Positions 25,177-38,500 of a stretch of DNA of 64,000 bases are shown one piece after another. The notes beneath the pieces were generated by a model. That model saw nothing but the letters and a program-made list of their open reading frames with translations. It searched no databases and was not told where the DNA came from. A program made the position numbers and the translations under genes. Source of the stretch: Balanoglossus misakiensis (Eukaryota > Animalia > Hemichordata); assembly GCA_040954595.2 (NCBI GenBank), contig CM082590.2, positions 8,805,764-8,869,763 on the forward strand, in the 5' to 3' direction. Numbering within the stretch: position 1 is the stretch's first letter; the number at the start of each line of letters is the position of its first letter.

Positions 25177-26145
25177 TTATAAAGATGTATCATCAGAACT
25201 GTTTGGTTTTATTGGCAAACGGGCGTTTCCATTTGCGTTAATACTGTGTCCCTGATAATCGCCACGAGATGTGCACAGACAGTAGGTTTGCTTCACGGCC
25301 TTTCTGTACTTGGAGCTGCTCAGTTTGTATATGAAAGGATTGACGGAACAGTTGACAGTGAAGAGGATCTTGGCGGTTTGCGAGAAGACGAAGAGAGCGT
25401 CGATCTTGGGCGCTTCCGGTCGGTAGACGCCGTCTTCTTTCATGATGACGACGAAGAAGAGGGCGACGGAGGGAACAACGCTGATGAAGATGACGATGTT
25501 GGTTATCGTGACGGTTCTCAGGACCTGCGTCGATTCCTTGAACGCCCGGATGTTCCAGTCTTGCGTCAGAGACTTGCTTCTGTTGTGCATGGTTCGCGCG
25601 ATTAAACCGTACAGGACGGTCGTCTCGACAACGCAGACGAACAAGACAACCGTGATGAGGCACAGACAGACGACCGCAAACCGGTCCTTGGTGACGTCGA
25701 TACAAGTCCCGGACTCGACAACCGCTAAAACAGAACTGACCAACCAGGAGACAGTCACACCAATTACTATATTCTTCGCCTTCAGTAGATGCCCCTTAAA
25801 TGGATGACAAATCGCGATATACCGTTCCATACTTATCAAAGCCACAGACAAACACGACTCCACAACAGGTATAAACTGCGTCAGCGCGTTAACGACACAT
25901 GGGATGGTTGCGAACACACTAGCGAATACATTAAACAACCACATCATATCAGAGATGGCCAAGTTCACTAACAAAACATTTGTTTTCGTTCGGATCTCTT
26001 TGATTTTGCAGACCACTATAATGAAGGAAATGTTGTTTAGAATACCAATGTTGGCTACTGAGAATTCTATGTAGATGATAAGTTGGATGATTCCTTCAAC
26101 ACTGGTGGAGTTGTGGGAAACAACATCGGTTGAATTTACATCCAT
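25177..26145 (-). CDS. Class A (rhodopsin-family) orphan GPCR, single coding exon, 322 aa
   Basis: Seven hydrophobic segments; N-glycosylation sites in the N-terminus; NLAISD (TM2), ERYIAICHP (TM3), NPFIY (TM7), helix 8 YRKAVK. Confidence 0.92.
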   Translation of the reverse strand: MDVNSTDVVSHNSTSVEGIIQLIIYIEFSVANIGILNNISFIIVVCKIKEIRTKTNVLLVNLAISDMMWLFNVFASVFATIPCVVNALTQFIPVVESCLSVALISMERYIAICHPFKGHLLKAKNIVIGVTVSWLVSSVLAVVESGTCIDVTKDRFAVVCLCLITVVLFVCVVETTVLYGLIARTMHNRSKSLTQDWNIRAFKESTQVLRTVTITNIVIFISVVPSVALFFVVIMKEDGVYRPEAPKIDALFVFSQTAKILFTVNCSVNPFIYKLSSSKYRKAVKQTYCLCTSRGDYQGHSINANGNARLPIKPNSSDDTSL

Positions 26146-26800
26146 GTTGATCAGACGCTGATGGTATAATGGTCGAGGTGAATCTTTGAATATGCTAGGA
26201 GCCTCTTTTTACTCAGTGATAGGCTGGTGTCTGGAAATGTCAAAATATATAAATGTATTTTAAAAAACAAATGTGAGGTTGGGGACTGGTCAGTTTCTTT
26301 GACCGGGACCAGTCCACCCCCCCCCCCCCCAAGGCAATTTGATTGCACCATCTGCCAAATTTCTTTTTCTCCAAATATCCTCCACTCACCCCTGCAAATC
26401 AAATGGTTGCCTCCTTACTGTCGCAAAGCTCAACATAAACTTGCTGGTACAGAATTCGTCCTTGAGATCGAGTGTCATTAATGTTATTATGTTAATTATC
26501 ATAAACAAAAGCTTGATGTTGGGCGATAACCATTTTTGTAACTACAATGAAATTGGCCACTATTAGATAATCTTGTTGATTTCCTATGGAACCTTACAAT
26601 GGTATATCTTTCAGTGAGTCAAAACTCGCCTTAGTATAAAGATACCCTTGAAAACACATTAATAGATTTCGACAGTGCAAGTTGACAATACATATTATAA
26701 TGAACTTGACCAAAATGCTAATATTAGATTATAGTGTTGAAACTGACCCTTTCAATGGTGGCTGTTATACACAAACATATTAATGAAGAAAAATTCTTAC

Positions 26801-26885
26801 CGACGGAGTTCGACTTGTCCGATCAGTATCACGTGACTTTGTCAACTTAGATGCACATATTAGTCAGCGGGATTTAGTATATAAG
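26801..26885 (-). promoter_or_regulatory. Putative TATA box and non-coding first exon of GPCR 25177-26145
   Basis: TATATA on the minus strand at ~26878-26883, donor CG|GTAAGA at 26800, acceptor TTTCCAG| at ~26231 upstream of the ATG. Confidence 0.4.
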
Positions 26886-28586
26886 ATCTTCCATCAAATG
26901 TATACATTGATTTTTTTTATCCAACGTCTTACAGCTGGATCAATCCCTACTGCACAGCGACAATGAAACCAGGCAGACTTATGCGAAACCTATTATGCAT
27001 GACTAACAATTAGAATTAATTACTCCCCATAAATCATTTACTGTCAATTACCTGCAAATTAGCCATGGTGTCACTTGTCTGAATACTTGGCAAATTGTCT
27101 TAATTGGATGTTTTTCATTTCCTTCTTGCATTATCACTCAACACAAACAATCTCATCTCTCATTATATATTAACTATCTGTACACCATGATTTGCATAGG
27201 GATGTCATTTCTAATATGCAAATGAAGTAAAAACTGATATTATAACCACATTATCACTAAAAACAATCTCATCTCTCGTTGTATACAATATGCTTTAACT
27301 ACCAGTAAAGCACAGCTAATAAAGCGATTTGCATATTTCCAGCATGTAATTAAAATTTTTGCTAATGATCTATCCGATAATGATATCTCGCTGTTCAATG
27401 ACACAGACAAATAAAAACCTTGGTACTGCTAATATCTAGTTTGGATATCCATAAGGGAGAACACAAAGTGGGATCAGTGGGGAGGGGGACCTATTAGTAT
27501 TAGATTTCTTTGAGGGGGACACTCTGCACCATCTGCCGACCCCCTCCCCCCTAAGAAAAACCTCCATCCACCCCCAGAAATAAAATGGTTCTCCCCTAAG
27601 TTATGAAACGACCTAATCACAGTAATGGGTGAATGAAAACATCCCAAAGTGCTTAAGCTTATCACTGTCCTCTCTGAAGTTTCTGAGAAATACTCCAAAA
27701 TATAACCCACATCTGTGTAGCACTCACAATAAAAGACAGACTTGATCAAATATTGATCAACAATGTTCCTTCCGGGCCTCATAATTAATGTATAAGCACA
27801 TCAGAACACGAAAACTGAAAGGTACGATAATATGCCTGCAGTAAATAAGGGATATCCATCACATTTTTTGGCACTATATATACATGATTAGAATTCGCCA
27901 TTAAAGAAATTGGATCACACCGGAACATTCACTAAGTTTTCCACACTATACATCAGATAAGAGTGAGTGAGTGAATGGATGAATGAACGAACGAATGAAC
28001 GAACAAGTATTTTAATGTAAACACGTTGAACACAAGACCAACATGATCAATTCTAACAGTTTCACAGCATATCTATCTCTTCTGGATGAAATTAGTCCAA
28101 GTCGAAATTTTTTACAAGCATAACTAAATCAAAACAACTTCAATAACAAGTAACGATGAATTGAGAGTCAAACTTTATAATTTTCAATATTAGATGATTA
28201 GATCAATATTTTAAATCAATATATTAATTAAATTCTTACAAATACTTTTCAATATTAAATTAATATTTTACATCACAGTACATCTTGTTTAACACTACAT
28301 ATAATAGAATTAATTTAACAAAAATACCAGTCTGCTATTAAAATTGCAGATTTGTACACAGATTTTGATATAATTTTGTTCAAGAATTTATAATTATTAT
28401 AAAGTATGTTTTACTCGATATTATAAGGTATCAATGATTATATGAAGGTCTTAAAAGACCTTAGGTGTGGTTCTGAAGATACAGAACACTGCCAGAATAT
28501 TGCTCAATCTAGGTTTTAACGTAATGAATGAGGTCTCATTGATAAAAGCCAGATAATACTTAGCATCAGATTTCAAGGTTTTCTGA

Positions 28587-29606
28587 TCACAAAATAGTCT
28601 CTGTAGAACCCAGGGTAGTATTTGCTGAACTCAGAGATTTTTGAACTTGTATTCCTGCATTGTTACCAGGGTTACTGGGTCCCTGGGTCGTACCATTATA
28701 AGGACAGGTGCAGCAGGCTCTCTTCAGGGCTTTTCTATACTGGGAGCTGCTCAGCTTATATATGAACGGATTAATCGAAGTGTTAAGGGTGAACATTATT
28801 TTGGCACTCCCGGACAAAACAAACGTGTACTCAAGTGTCGGGGTAGGCGGTCGGTAGATGCCACCTTTTTGTAAGCTGACCACGAAAAAGAACGCCACAC
28901 CGGGTAGAACGCTGATGAAGATGATAATATTAGTTATAATGACCGTTCTGAGGACCTGGGTTAGCTCCTTGATGGCCGGAAGCTTCCAGCCCTGTTCAGA
29001 AGCCTTGCTGCGTTTACGGACGGCCTTCACGATCAGACAGTATAGGATCGTTGATTCAATGACGCAGAAGAACAAAACGCTCATGATCGAAAACAGACAG
29101 ACAACCGCAAACATGTTCTGCTCTCTCGGGTCGAGAAACGTAAAACAGGTCCCTGTTTCAATACTCGCCAAAAAGATACTTATCATCCAGGTTGCCATGA
29201 CAGCAAGCGCTAAATTCTTAGCCTTCAGTAAGTACATTTTGAACGGATGACAAACTGCTATGTACCGCTCAACACTTATCAAAGAGATAGTCAGACATGA
29301 CTCAACAAGAGGTATAAACTGTGTCAGTGCATGTAACACACAAGGTATAGTCACGAAAGTCATGAAGTACACATTACACAGCCAAACCAGATCCGAAAAA
29401 GCCAAATTAACCAACAAAATATTAGTCTTGGTTTGAATGTCCTTGACTTTGCACACGACCATGATGAATGAAAGGTTGTTCAGAATACCGATGTTGGCTA
29501 TGGTGAATTCGGTGTATACAAGTATACGGTCTAAGAGCATTGCAGCCAGGTTTAGGCTGGTGGAGTTCGTTCCATCGTTGAATGTATCTTGCGTCGAATT
29601 ATTCAT
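28587..29606 (-). CDS. Class A orphan GPCR, paralog of 25177-26145, single coding exon, ~339 aa
   Basis: ATG at 29606 (MNNSTQ; the ORF track starts at an upstream non-ATG codon). NLAFSD, ERYIAVCHP, NPFIY. Shares long blocks with its neighbour (ANIGILNN, ALTQFIP, NPFIYKLSSS). Confidence 0.92.
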   Translation of the reverse strand: MNNSTQDTFNDGTNSTSLNLAAMLLDRILVYTEFTIANIGILNNLSFIMVVCKVKDIQTKTNILLVNLAFSDLVWLCNVYFMTFVTIPCVLHALTQFIPLVESCLTISLISVERYIAVCHPFKMYLLKAKNLALAVMATWMISIFLASIETGTCFTFLDPREQNMFAVVCLFSIMSVLFFCVIESTILYCLIVKAVRKRSKASEQGWKLPAIKELTQVLRTVIITNIIIFISVLPGVAFFFVVSLQKGGIYRPPTPTLEYTFVLSGSAKIMFTLNTSINPFIYKLSSSQYRKALKRACCTCPYNGTTQGPSNPGNNAGIQVQKSLSSANTTLGSTETIL

Positions 29607-30227
29607 GTTGGTCAACGTGGTCACGGTAAAACTGATGGTAGTCTTGATTCTAATCTTACACTACATGTGGAAACATTCAATGTCAAAGCACCTCTTTCAA
29701 AATCTAGATCTTAGAACGGACGCGGGTTTGCTGATCTCAACTGGCGTATAGTCAGAATGCTGACCCGGGATAGCTTCAGAGTTCCCAGTAAATGAACTGA
29801 TGCAACAGTTCCTGAAAATAATCGACACAAACTGCGACTAAACACCAGATAAACTACTAAACAAAACCGTGAGTCACAAAGTTGGAAATATATGTGCATA
29901 AGCATTGCGCACATTGCAAAGCTAGATTTATACACGCATGCTATGTGCATGGACAGTATATTCTGTCCAATAGTTACTTTGAGTAATGATAACACCGGGT
30001 ATAGCATTTCAAAGATATCCATGCTTTTGCTGGTTGTATTTTTGGAATCTGTGTGGTGTTTTCTACTGGTAACATGGGTTTCGTGAGAGTTGGGCAGGCT
30101 ACCACCGTCGAACAAAGACATACACCAAATCTTCCATTGGGCTATAAAACCAAGAATGCCAATTATGGATGGACCAATGCACAAATGTTTGTCAACAAAT
30201 GTTTACACTACATAACCAAGAACCTAC

Positions 30228-30385
30228 CAGTAATCAGACAGTGGAAGTCTAACATGAACTTCTGCACAAATTCGTGCCAGACTGTTCAAGTCACCATTGA
30301 AGAATTCGCAGAGTCGAGAAAGAGAGTAACTCTCTGCACTGCATTGATTTCTGTTCTGTTTTTCAAGCATTAATCCTTATATAGG
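30228..30385 (-). promoter_or_regulatory. Putative TATA box and non-coding first exon of GPCR 28587-29606
   Basis: TATATAA on the minus strand at ~30377-30383, donor TG|GTAGGT at ~30227, acceptor TTTTCAG| at ~29812; same layout as the paralog. Confidence 0.35.
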
Positions 30386-32167
30386 AACCACTGAATCACA
30401 ATTATTCATGAACATTGTGGTGAAAGGGTTAAGCTTTTACCTGAACTAGTTCAGGTAAAAGTACGTCTTGATTTTGTCGCTCGAGGCTTCAATAAACTAA
30501 TGCATATGTCCATTGTACTTTAGTGCTATCACTCACAGAGATGTTGTCAATTTTCGTGGGACGTCGATAAATTTGTCAAACGATAACAGTTGTATCAATA
30601 GACAAGTCAGGCTTTTTTCAATGCAGGAAAATCTAAGTTCCGTCAAGCTCATCCATTTTTAAAAACCACCGTGAATCTACAATTGGCTTACCCATCAACT
30701 GCAGGGCATTTTGAAGGAAAGTGTTCGTCTGATGGTAAAGATCGGTTTTATTCCTTTTGAAAAAGGAGATGAAAAATTGATGATTTTATCTTGTTGTTTT
30801 TCTATGTTTCATTCACAGTGCGGTTTCATGATAAAGTGGGAAATCTTTAGATATCTTAAGATATGTTGGTGGACTCTTAAACCCCGGTGCGGGGTATAAA
30901 AGACCCCCCAAATCAGTGGCGAATCTTAATGCCGTTTGACTGACAACAGACAACACCAACGATCTTGGCTCTATGAAAATCGGCCCAAACAGGTCCAAGC
31001 ATAAAGAATTACACCACACAACGACAGTAGTTGGCTTTATAAACACACACAACATAAAGTTATCGACGAAAAAGTACACGAGCTTATGAAACAACGATGA
31101 TTTTGGGAGAAATCTGGTTTCAGTGCTTTTCAGAAGCGTCCCTGGGAAACAATAACCACGCCATTCAAACAGTTGTCAATCGCGTGGAAGTGTGAAGTGT
31201 TCAATTATTTTCTGTGTACATGAGAGCAATTACACAGTCATTATGCACGACGACCACTCCCAAATAAACAACTATACAAACACACGTTAATCCGAACCCC
31301 AGGACTTTCCGCACCGGCCTTTAAGATAAGAATGAATCCAGCTATATCCATACATACATACATCCATACATACAGACGCAACTGATCCCATAAGGTCCCA
31401 CTGGTATATATACATAAACCAAAAGGGAGCTAAAAATCACAACTTACATGTATATATAAAACTTTAAATGACAACAATGTTCTTTAACTACTATAGGTTC
31501 AGACAAACTATAATGTTTAAAGGAAGATTTATTTCAGAAAAATCTGAGACAAATATTTACAATACAGTTAGAAAAACATGTACTGTTTTGATTGTTTTCT
31601 CTTGACAAGAGTTGAGACCTATATGTATTGTTTGAACTGTATGGAACAAATGCTTTTGTATGTAAACTGCCAGTAAACAAAATATTTCAGAATCATTGTC
31701 ATTAATTGTCGTTATCAATCCATGTTGTGTCTTTATTTGGGGGAAAGCAGAAATGTTGACAGTACAACTGAACTCGACTTGAGATGGCAGAAGGAATAAA
31801 CTGAACATCATTTTTTTCCATCAGTCTAATTGATAAGAGGGATTTCTAACTTGTTGCAAGAGAAAATTTCACAACTCGAAGTTGCTGAAAATAACAGAAC
31901 TTTAACACAGAACAGCAAAAGACACAACAGTGTACAGCTGAAGAAACTGTTTGTGAACATGTTTTCTTACATCATTTCATAAAAGTCACATTTCTTTGAC
32001 AAAGAAAGAGAAAACAGTTAATGATCAGCTTAAAATATACACAGAACTATATCATGCATGTTTTTGTCAAAATCATTTACATGATTCATGATTCAGTGTT
32101 CATGTGATCAGAAAGCTAATGGCCAGTACATCTAACGCTCTAAATACTAGAAATTCAACATACTTAA

Positions 32168-32258
32168 TAACCCTTGCACCCCCAGTGTCGTCTTTAGAGG
32201 TCCAACCTTACCATAGAAAACAATGGGTTTGGACTGAACCATGGTGGTGAAAGGGTTC
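32168..32258. mobile_element. Family A piggyBac-like MITE
   Basis: Same core; downstream of the DCAF1 stop codon. Confidence 0.75.
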
Positions 32259-32584
32259 AAACAAGAGTGGAAGTTTTGACATCGCGATTGGCATTACTGG
32301 CAGAGTGAAAAACAAGTTAGGTGTCCGTATAGAGAAGCCAGCGTTCCTTGTGAAAAGTGACAAAATCTTGCACCATCTGATTGAACTGAATCATACTTGA
32401 CTGTCATGGAAGTCACATTTACATATTAATCAAACTCTCCTGATTATTTTGTTTACACAACTAATCTTATTGTTGATTCCAATTTCAGGTAAAAACAACA
32501 AACAAACACGGAAATAGACAGTGTGAAGAAATAAGAAAATAAACGTCAGTTTTGTCGGCAAGCTGGAAATTTCTCGCGAGTCTT

Positions 32585-35500
32585 TCACCTGAAGGAGTTA
32601 CTGAGAGCAAACAGTATATCATCATCATCATCGTCATCAAAATCATCATCTGAATCAGAGTCAGAACCAACTGAAACAAAACAAAAATGGGAAAAAAAAG
32701 AAAAATAATATGTGCTTAAAACAATATATATTTCATCTTATTTTCTTACGTACCATTATTTATCTATCAGTGCAAACTAACTTGATTCGTATTGGAAATG
32801 TGTCACTGTTGTGTTCGTGTTGTTAACATATCTCGACTCCTGAATACTTCTTCTGTTGTCTGTATGTCCGTCTGACTGTCTGTCTGTCTGTCTTTTCCTT
32901 TCCTGCCATTACACTCAACTTCTCTTTCAACTCTTCTATTTCACTGTTTCGTTAACCCTTCCACCCCCCCCCAGTTCGCTGTATAGAGGTCCAACTCCAC
33001 CATAGAAAACAATGGGTTTGGACTGAACCATGGTGGTGAAAGGGTTAACTTTCTGTTCCTGTCCTCTGAGCTTCTGTACATCCTCTTCCTGTCTTCATTA
33101 ATTCATTGCTCTACATCTTTCTCTGTTCTGTAACCTCTTGGCTTGAATAGTACACTGCCTCTATGCATCTAACTATCCATACTAATCATATCTCTAAACC
33201 TGTGGCTATCACTCTTACATATACAGTGAAACCTGTCTATTAAGGACACCTCTGGGACCAGAAAATTTGTCCGTAATAGAGACGTGTCCTAAATAGATAG
33301 GAATATTCTATTCAAGCGATGACTTGAAGAATCTGTCCTTAATAGACAGGTGTCGTGATTAGAGAGGTGTCCGTAATGACAGGTTTCACTGTACATGTAC
33401 AACCTACGTCCCGTTTTACAGTATGTCATGCTATAGGCACGAAAGACTAATTTCTTGACATGCAATGATTGGGACATTTAAGGATTTACAACTGACTGGT
33501 GTGGGTACTTACAGTCTACAACTCAAATGTGCTCCTAACGTAAAACAGTACAGTGGTACAAATTCCATCCACCTACCTTCATCGCCATCATCAGAGATGT
33601 CATCGATACCACTGAGATCCTCCTCATCATCCTCATCATTTCCAGACTCTCCGTCTGCGTTATCATCAGCGTTGTCACGGTCACCATCCCTCCCACTGTC
33701 ATCGTTCTCGTTGTCATCCTCGAAAATCAAGCTGTCGTCGTCGCTGCCGTCGTCATCATCATCTGGTGCCTCGTCCTATAAAGTGAGTAAAACATACAGT
33801 AAAACTTTTCGCGATATCAACATAGGCGACTATTTTGCAAGAACGAGTCAACACTACCCGTTTTATATGAAACTTTCATCTAACCCTATTATATTAAATC
33901 ATATGGTTCATCCCATGTACAGGAAATAGGGGTGACAGGGTCAAATTACCTGATCCTCATCTTCTTCATCTTCGTCTTCTACTTTCTTTCTTCCAACTTC
34001 GTACAATCTACAAACACTCTCCATTGTAGTGTCTTCTTCCATAATGCCTTGATTCTGACGGACACAAAAAAAATCACAAATAATAAGACAGAATTCTTTA
34101 ACATGAGAGGCACACCAGACCAGCATAATTTACACGAGTGTGCACTCAGGAACTGGGTCAAATGGTTCTCAAGTTATTTATTAAACTGATCAATCTTCCA
34201 TTGTTAAACATGGCTGAAATCCACCATCTTGAAATTCTGTCGACCACATGCGATTATTTCCACCTACCTAGGCAGCAATATCTATTTAAGGTAGTGAGGA
34301 TTAGGAACGGTCTCAGTATAGACAGGGATAGGCATACCTAGGTTTCAAAGTATTTGTCAATGTTGTGGATTATACATACCTCTATGACAGCAAGGTAAGT
34401 GTCTGTAGGATCAGTTGCAAGGTCAAATATATTCTTCTTCACATCAATGGTGGCTGTGAACAGAGATCAGAGAGGTGTTAGATTATGTGCAGTCAAACCT
34501 GTGGCCACCTCCATACAGTGACCACCTCTATATAGTGGCCACTGTTACAGTCCCTGTGCAATTTACATGTAACTTAATTGACCTGTCTGTTAAGGCCACC
34601 CTGTCTATAAAGGCCAGTTTAGGAATGTCCCTTGACTGGCTGCTATAGACAGGTTCGAAATACACACTTACCAATGGGTTTATAGTCTGTGGCGTCAAAC
34701 GTCCTGAACGAGGATCCAAATGGACTCTTCATTCTCTCATCACTCCACTCATCTTCATCTTCCAACTGAAGCATGGCTGCAGAAAATCAACCAGAAAACA
34801 TATAAATGTACAGTAAACCTGTCTAAACCAAACACCAAAGGGACTGGGAATATTGTTCGGTTTACAGAGGTGTGAGGGGGATTGGACAGTGTGTTCGGTA
34901 TAGACAGGTTTCTAGATTAGACAGGGTTCGGGTTAGGCAGGTTTGACTGTATACAGTCTGTGTTAGGCCACTTTGTTACAGTCCCAGACTATAGACAAAT
35001 TCCACTGTATGCAGCTGAGCACTAACACAGGTTTGACTGTAGTTCTCATCTTTATAAAGTATCATAGGGTAAACACATGCCTAACTGTGTTCAAATACAC
35101 ATGTCCAATTAACAAATTGATCGCAACTTCACCCAATGATAAACTAATACTCACCACCATACATGATGTCCCCGGCATTATTGAAAACCAACTGGCACTG
35201 GTCCAGAGCAGGAACTGTGTGCAGCAAATGGAATGTCCGTACGTCCCACTGGTATATATTGAGTTAAGAAATATAAAACAAACAAGCACCTACAGACAAA
35301 CGGTTGCTGTGCAACGTCGGCCATATTTGATCAATGATGTCGATTATAGAAAAGATCGAGACAAATCTTGACAGACAAAATCAGGTTCTTGATTCAAATC
35401 TACCAAGGGAAACCATTTACACATTCAGCAATAAATAAACTTGCATTTAACAGAAGTTTTAGTGATTGATTCAGATCACTTACAGATTGTAGATGTTCAA

Positions 35501-38500
35501 AATCCATTTAATGAACATCATCGCAGAATAAGTTGAAAACTAAAAAAATAGATGCAATTATCTTTAACACGGTTGAAAGGATACAATTTCCGAATTAATA
35601 ATGATTTCTAGTCCTGAGGGGTGAAAAAGTCCACTGATATGCAAATTAAACTTGTCAAATTTATGCACGGGTTTCTTCGATCTGACATCCCATAATACTC
35701 CATCAGAGAGCACGAGGTCATCCGTGGGGTCAAAGGTCGCACGGTTCTTGGTGTAATGATTGCTGAGTTCGGAATCACACAACATCAATAACCTCTGACC
35801 TGTGTTGGTATCATATATCTATAAAATAAAATGAATAAATGAATAAGGTAACATTTTAAATTATTCTACCAACAGGAATTCTTAAATAATGTAACGTAAT
35901 ATATAAAATTATTTTAATGATGGTAGCGGCAGTATTAATCTTATCATATCATCTAAAAAACATGGACTTACACTAGCTGTGTCATCTTTTGTGCCGATGA
36001 TCTTGTCTTCAGACAACTTGCCAAACTCCATGTAATAATCTTCATCAAAAGCATACCTAGACAAGACCAGGAAACATTCATCAGAATTTTACATCAAGGT
36101 GATTAACCCTTTCAATGCACCATGGTTCAGTCCAAACCCATTGTTTTCTCTGGTACAGTTGGACCTCTAAAGCGGGAACTGGGGGTGAAAGGGTTAAACA
36201 ACGAACTTGTATTTCAGGGGAGTCAATCTTGGAACCTTATTTTGTGATGCATCATTTTGAAGTGATCCATAACACATTGTAGACTGTTCTGCCATTCACA
36301 AACTTTGCAAGTAACCATGGCAATAATACTCACTTCCTTTCAAATACTTCATCCATACTCCACAGCGCTGATAAGGGTCGTCCCCATAGCGACGATGTCA
36401 GCATCAACTTTCCACCCTGAATAAATCAACACAGATGAATCAATTAATCTTTTTTTGGAGTCTTAGAGAATGGTTTGAAATCAAAAGTAACTCATTAACA
36501 AAGCGAACCAAACTGTGACTAGAGGTTAATTTTAAACAAAGTTGATGAACGAACAATTCAGAGTTTGACATATAATTTATGACTTGCAAGACATATATGA
36601 CTGTTAGGCTCTTACCATTGAAGGCTGGCAACTGGTAACTGATGATGTGTGACAGGCATAACTGACTTCTTCCTGCAAAAGAGACGTTGAGAAAACTGAA
36701 ATTAGAATTCTGTCCGTCTCTGTATTTCGTTCCCTGTTTTCCTGTGTAGCAGTCCAATTTATCATAGAAAACAATGGATTTGGGACAAACCATGGTGGTG
36801 ACAGGGTTGATAAACTTACCGCTCCTGAGCTGAGGTTGTATAGTTTCAGTTCGCCAGCGTAAGTACCAAGGCACAAATACATATTTGTTGGCTGTTTGAA
36901 GAAAAACAAACAAGAAAAAGGAAATTATCACTTCATGTATTTGGCTATTATCATGCCTCACGCATGACTTACATCCTGATGTTTCTAGAGGTATACAAAT
37001 CGATTTATTTCACATCAAGGGATTTCCCCCAGGCCATTGCCGTCGCTTTGACTTTGAGTTCAAACCCATGATGGCGCTAGACTTTTGAAAATGGTGTATC
37101 ATGTTTGACTTACGTCGAGATGTCTTGAAAATGCACAGCATGTGAAGTACATGTACCCATCCTCTTCCGAATCTCTTATTGCCTGAACTGGTGTAAATCT
37201 GAAACAAATATTTCATAAAGTATTACTTGGCTTGCAACAAACTAATATCGTGGTAATTAACTGAGTCTCGCAAGATCTCGCAACGAGAGGAACATTATCG
37301 ACAAGAGGCAATATTTCAGTTGGTTTAACTCTCACCTGCTGTAGACAAAATTCCTGTTTTGCCTGGCTCCATCAATGCCACCATGTGCCGGGAATGCCTG
37401 TGAAGAAGTCAGTGTTTTCAGTCAAAAACAGGAAAATACGAACGACACAAATTTCACTTTTTGTTACATTATAACTTTTACCATATTATTTTCTTAATTT
37501 TGATCAAGACCAGCAGACAATCCAAAATTATGTCCACTTGGTTTAAAATTAAGGGGGGAAATAGGAAAAAATATGTGAAAATGATAAAAATGTTGCACCA
37601 CATTTATGTCAAATTCAACTTACTGGTCTTCTCATTAGTCTTGAGGTAATACTGGCTGGTGCGCTTCGACGAAATTTGGGGTCTGGACATCTGTGAGGTC
37701 TGTAAAGTCAAATAAATAAAATGTTACCCTGTTGAAGAATTATAATTACAGTAAAACCTCTCTGAACTCCAATTTTTCCACACTTGAATGTCACAATCAT
37801 TCAAAGATTTTAAAATCAAGTATACGTACTCCAGGAGTGAAAACTGTGGACATGTGACGACTGGGTTTTTACAGCGAGCGTGTTGTTCCATGAGATAGTT
37901 CTTGACGATGGAGTCTATAGTTGGCGGTGATGGCAGTTTGCGATTGCACTGTCGTTTCAAAGCCGACATGTTCTGTTGGTATGGCGACGGGGAAATGTTC
38001 GGTTTGGGTGGTCTCTTCTTTAATGTTGGCTGAAAAAAATAACGAGAAAACAACATGTTTACATAAAAATTATATTGGCAGTATTTGTTGATTTTTATCA
38101 TACTTAGGGTCCTGATCACCCCCTCAAAACCACAGCACCATAGAATATTCCCAATGATTTCTGTTATCCTTTGAGCTATACCAGTAAGGAATATAGGGGT
38201 GGCAACATACCTTTACAGGGACACAGGCATTGACTTGAGGGGATTGACTACTGCTAGCTTCTGGAGTGGAAACTGTTGATCTGTCGATGAACCTGAATTT
38301 CTCGTGTTGCTGTGTGCTTGGCAGTGAGGTTAGATGTGAGGCCATGAGACCAGTGTCTGATTTTGGCGTGGAGTACATTTTGTCCTGGGTGAAAATGCAC
38401 AATTATAAAATAAGCAAAATAATGCACAATTATTAAATAAGCAAAATAATGCACAATTATAAAATAAGCAAAATAAACCCTTAAAGGATATTTGCTGTGG

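Noticed and set aside
25238-25971. Alternative-frame and antisense ORFs over the GPCR
   Set aside because: Explained by GC-rich codon usage depleting stop codons.
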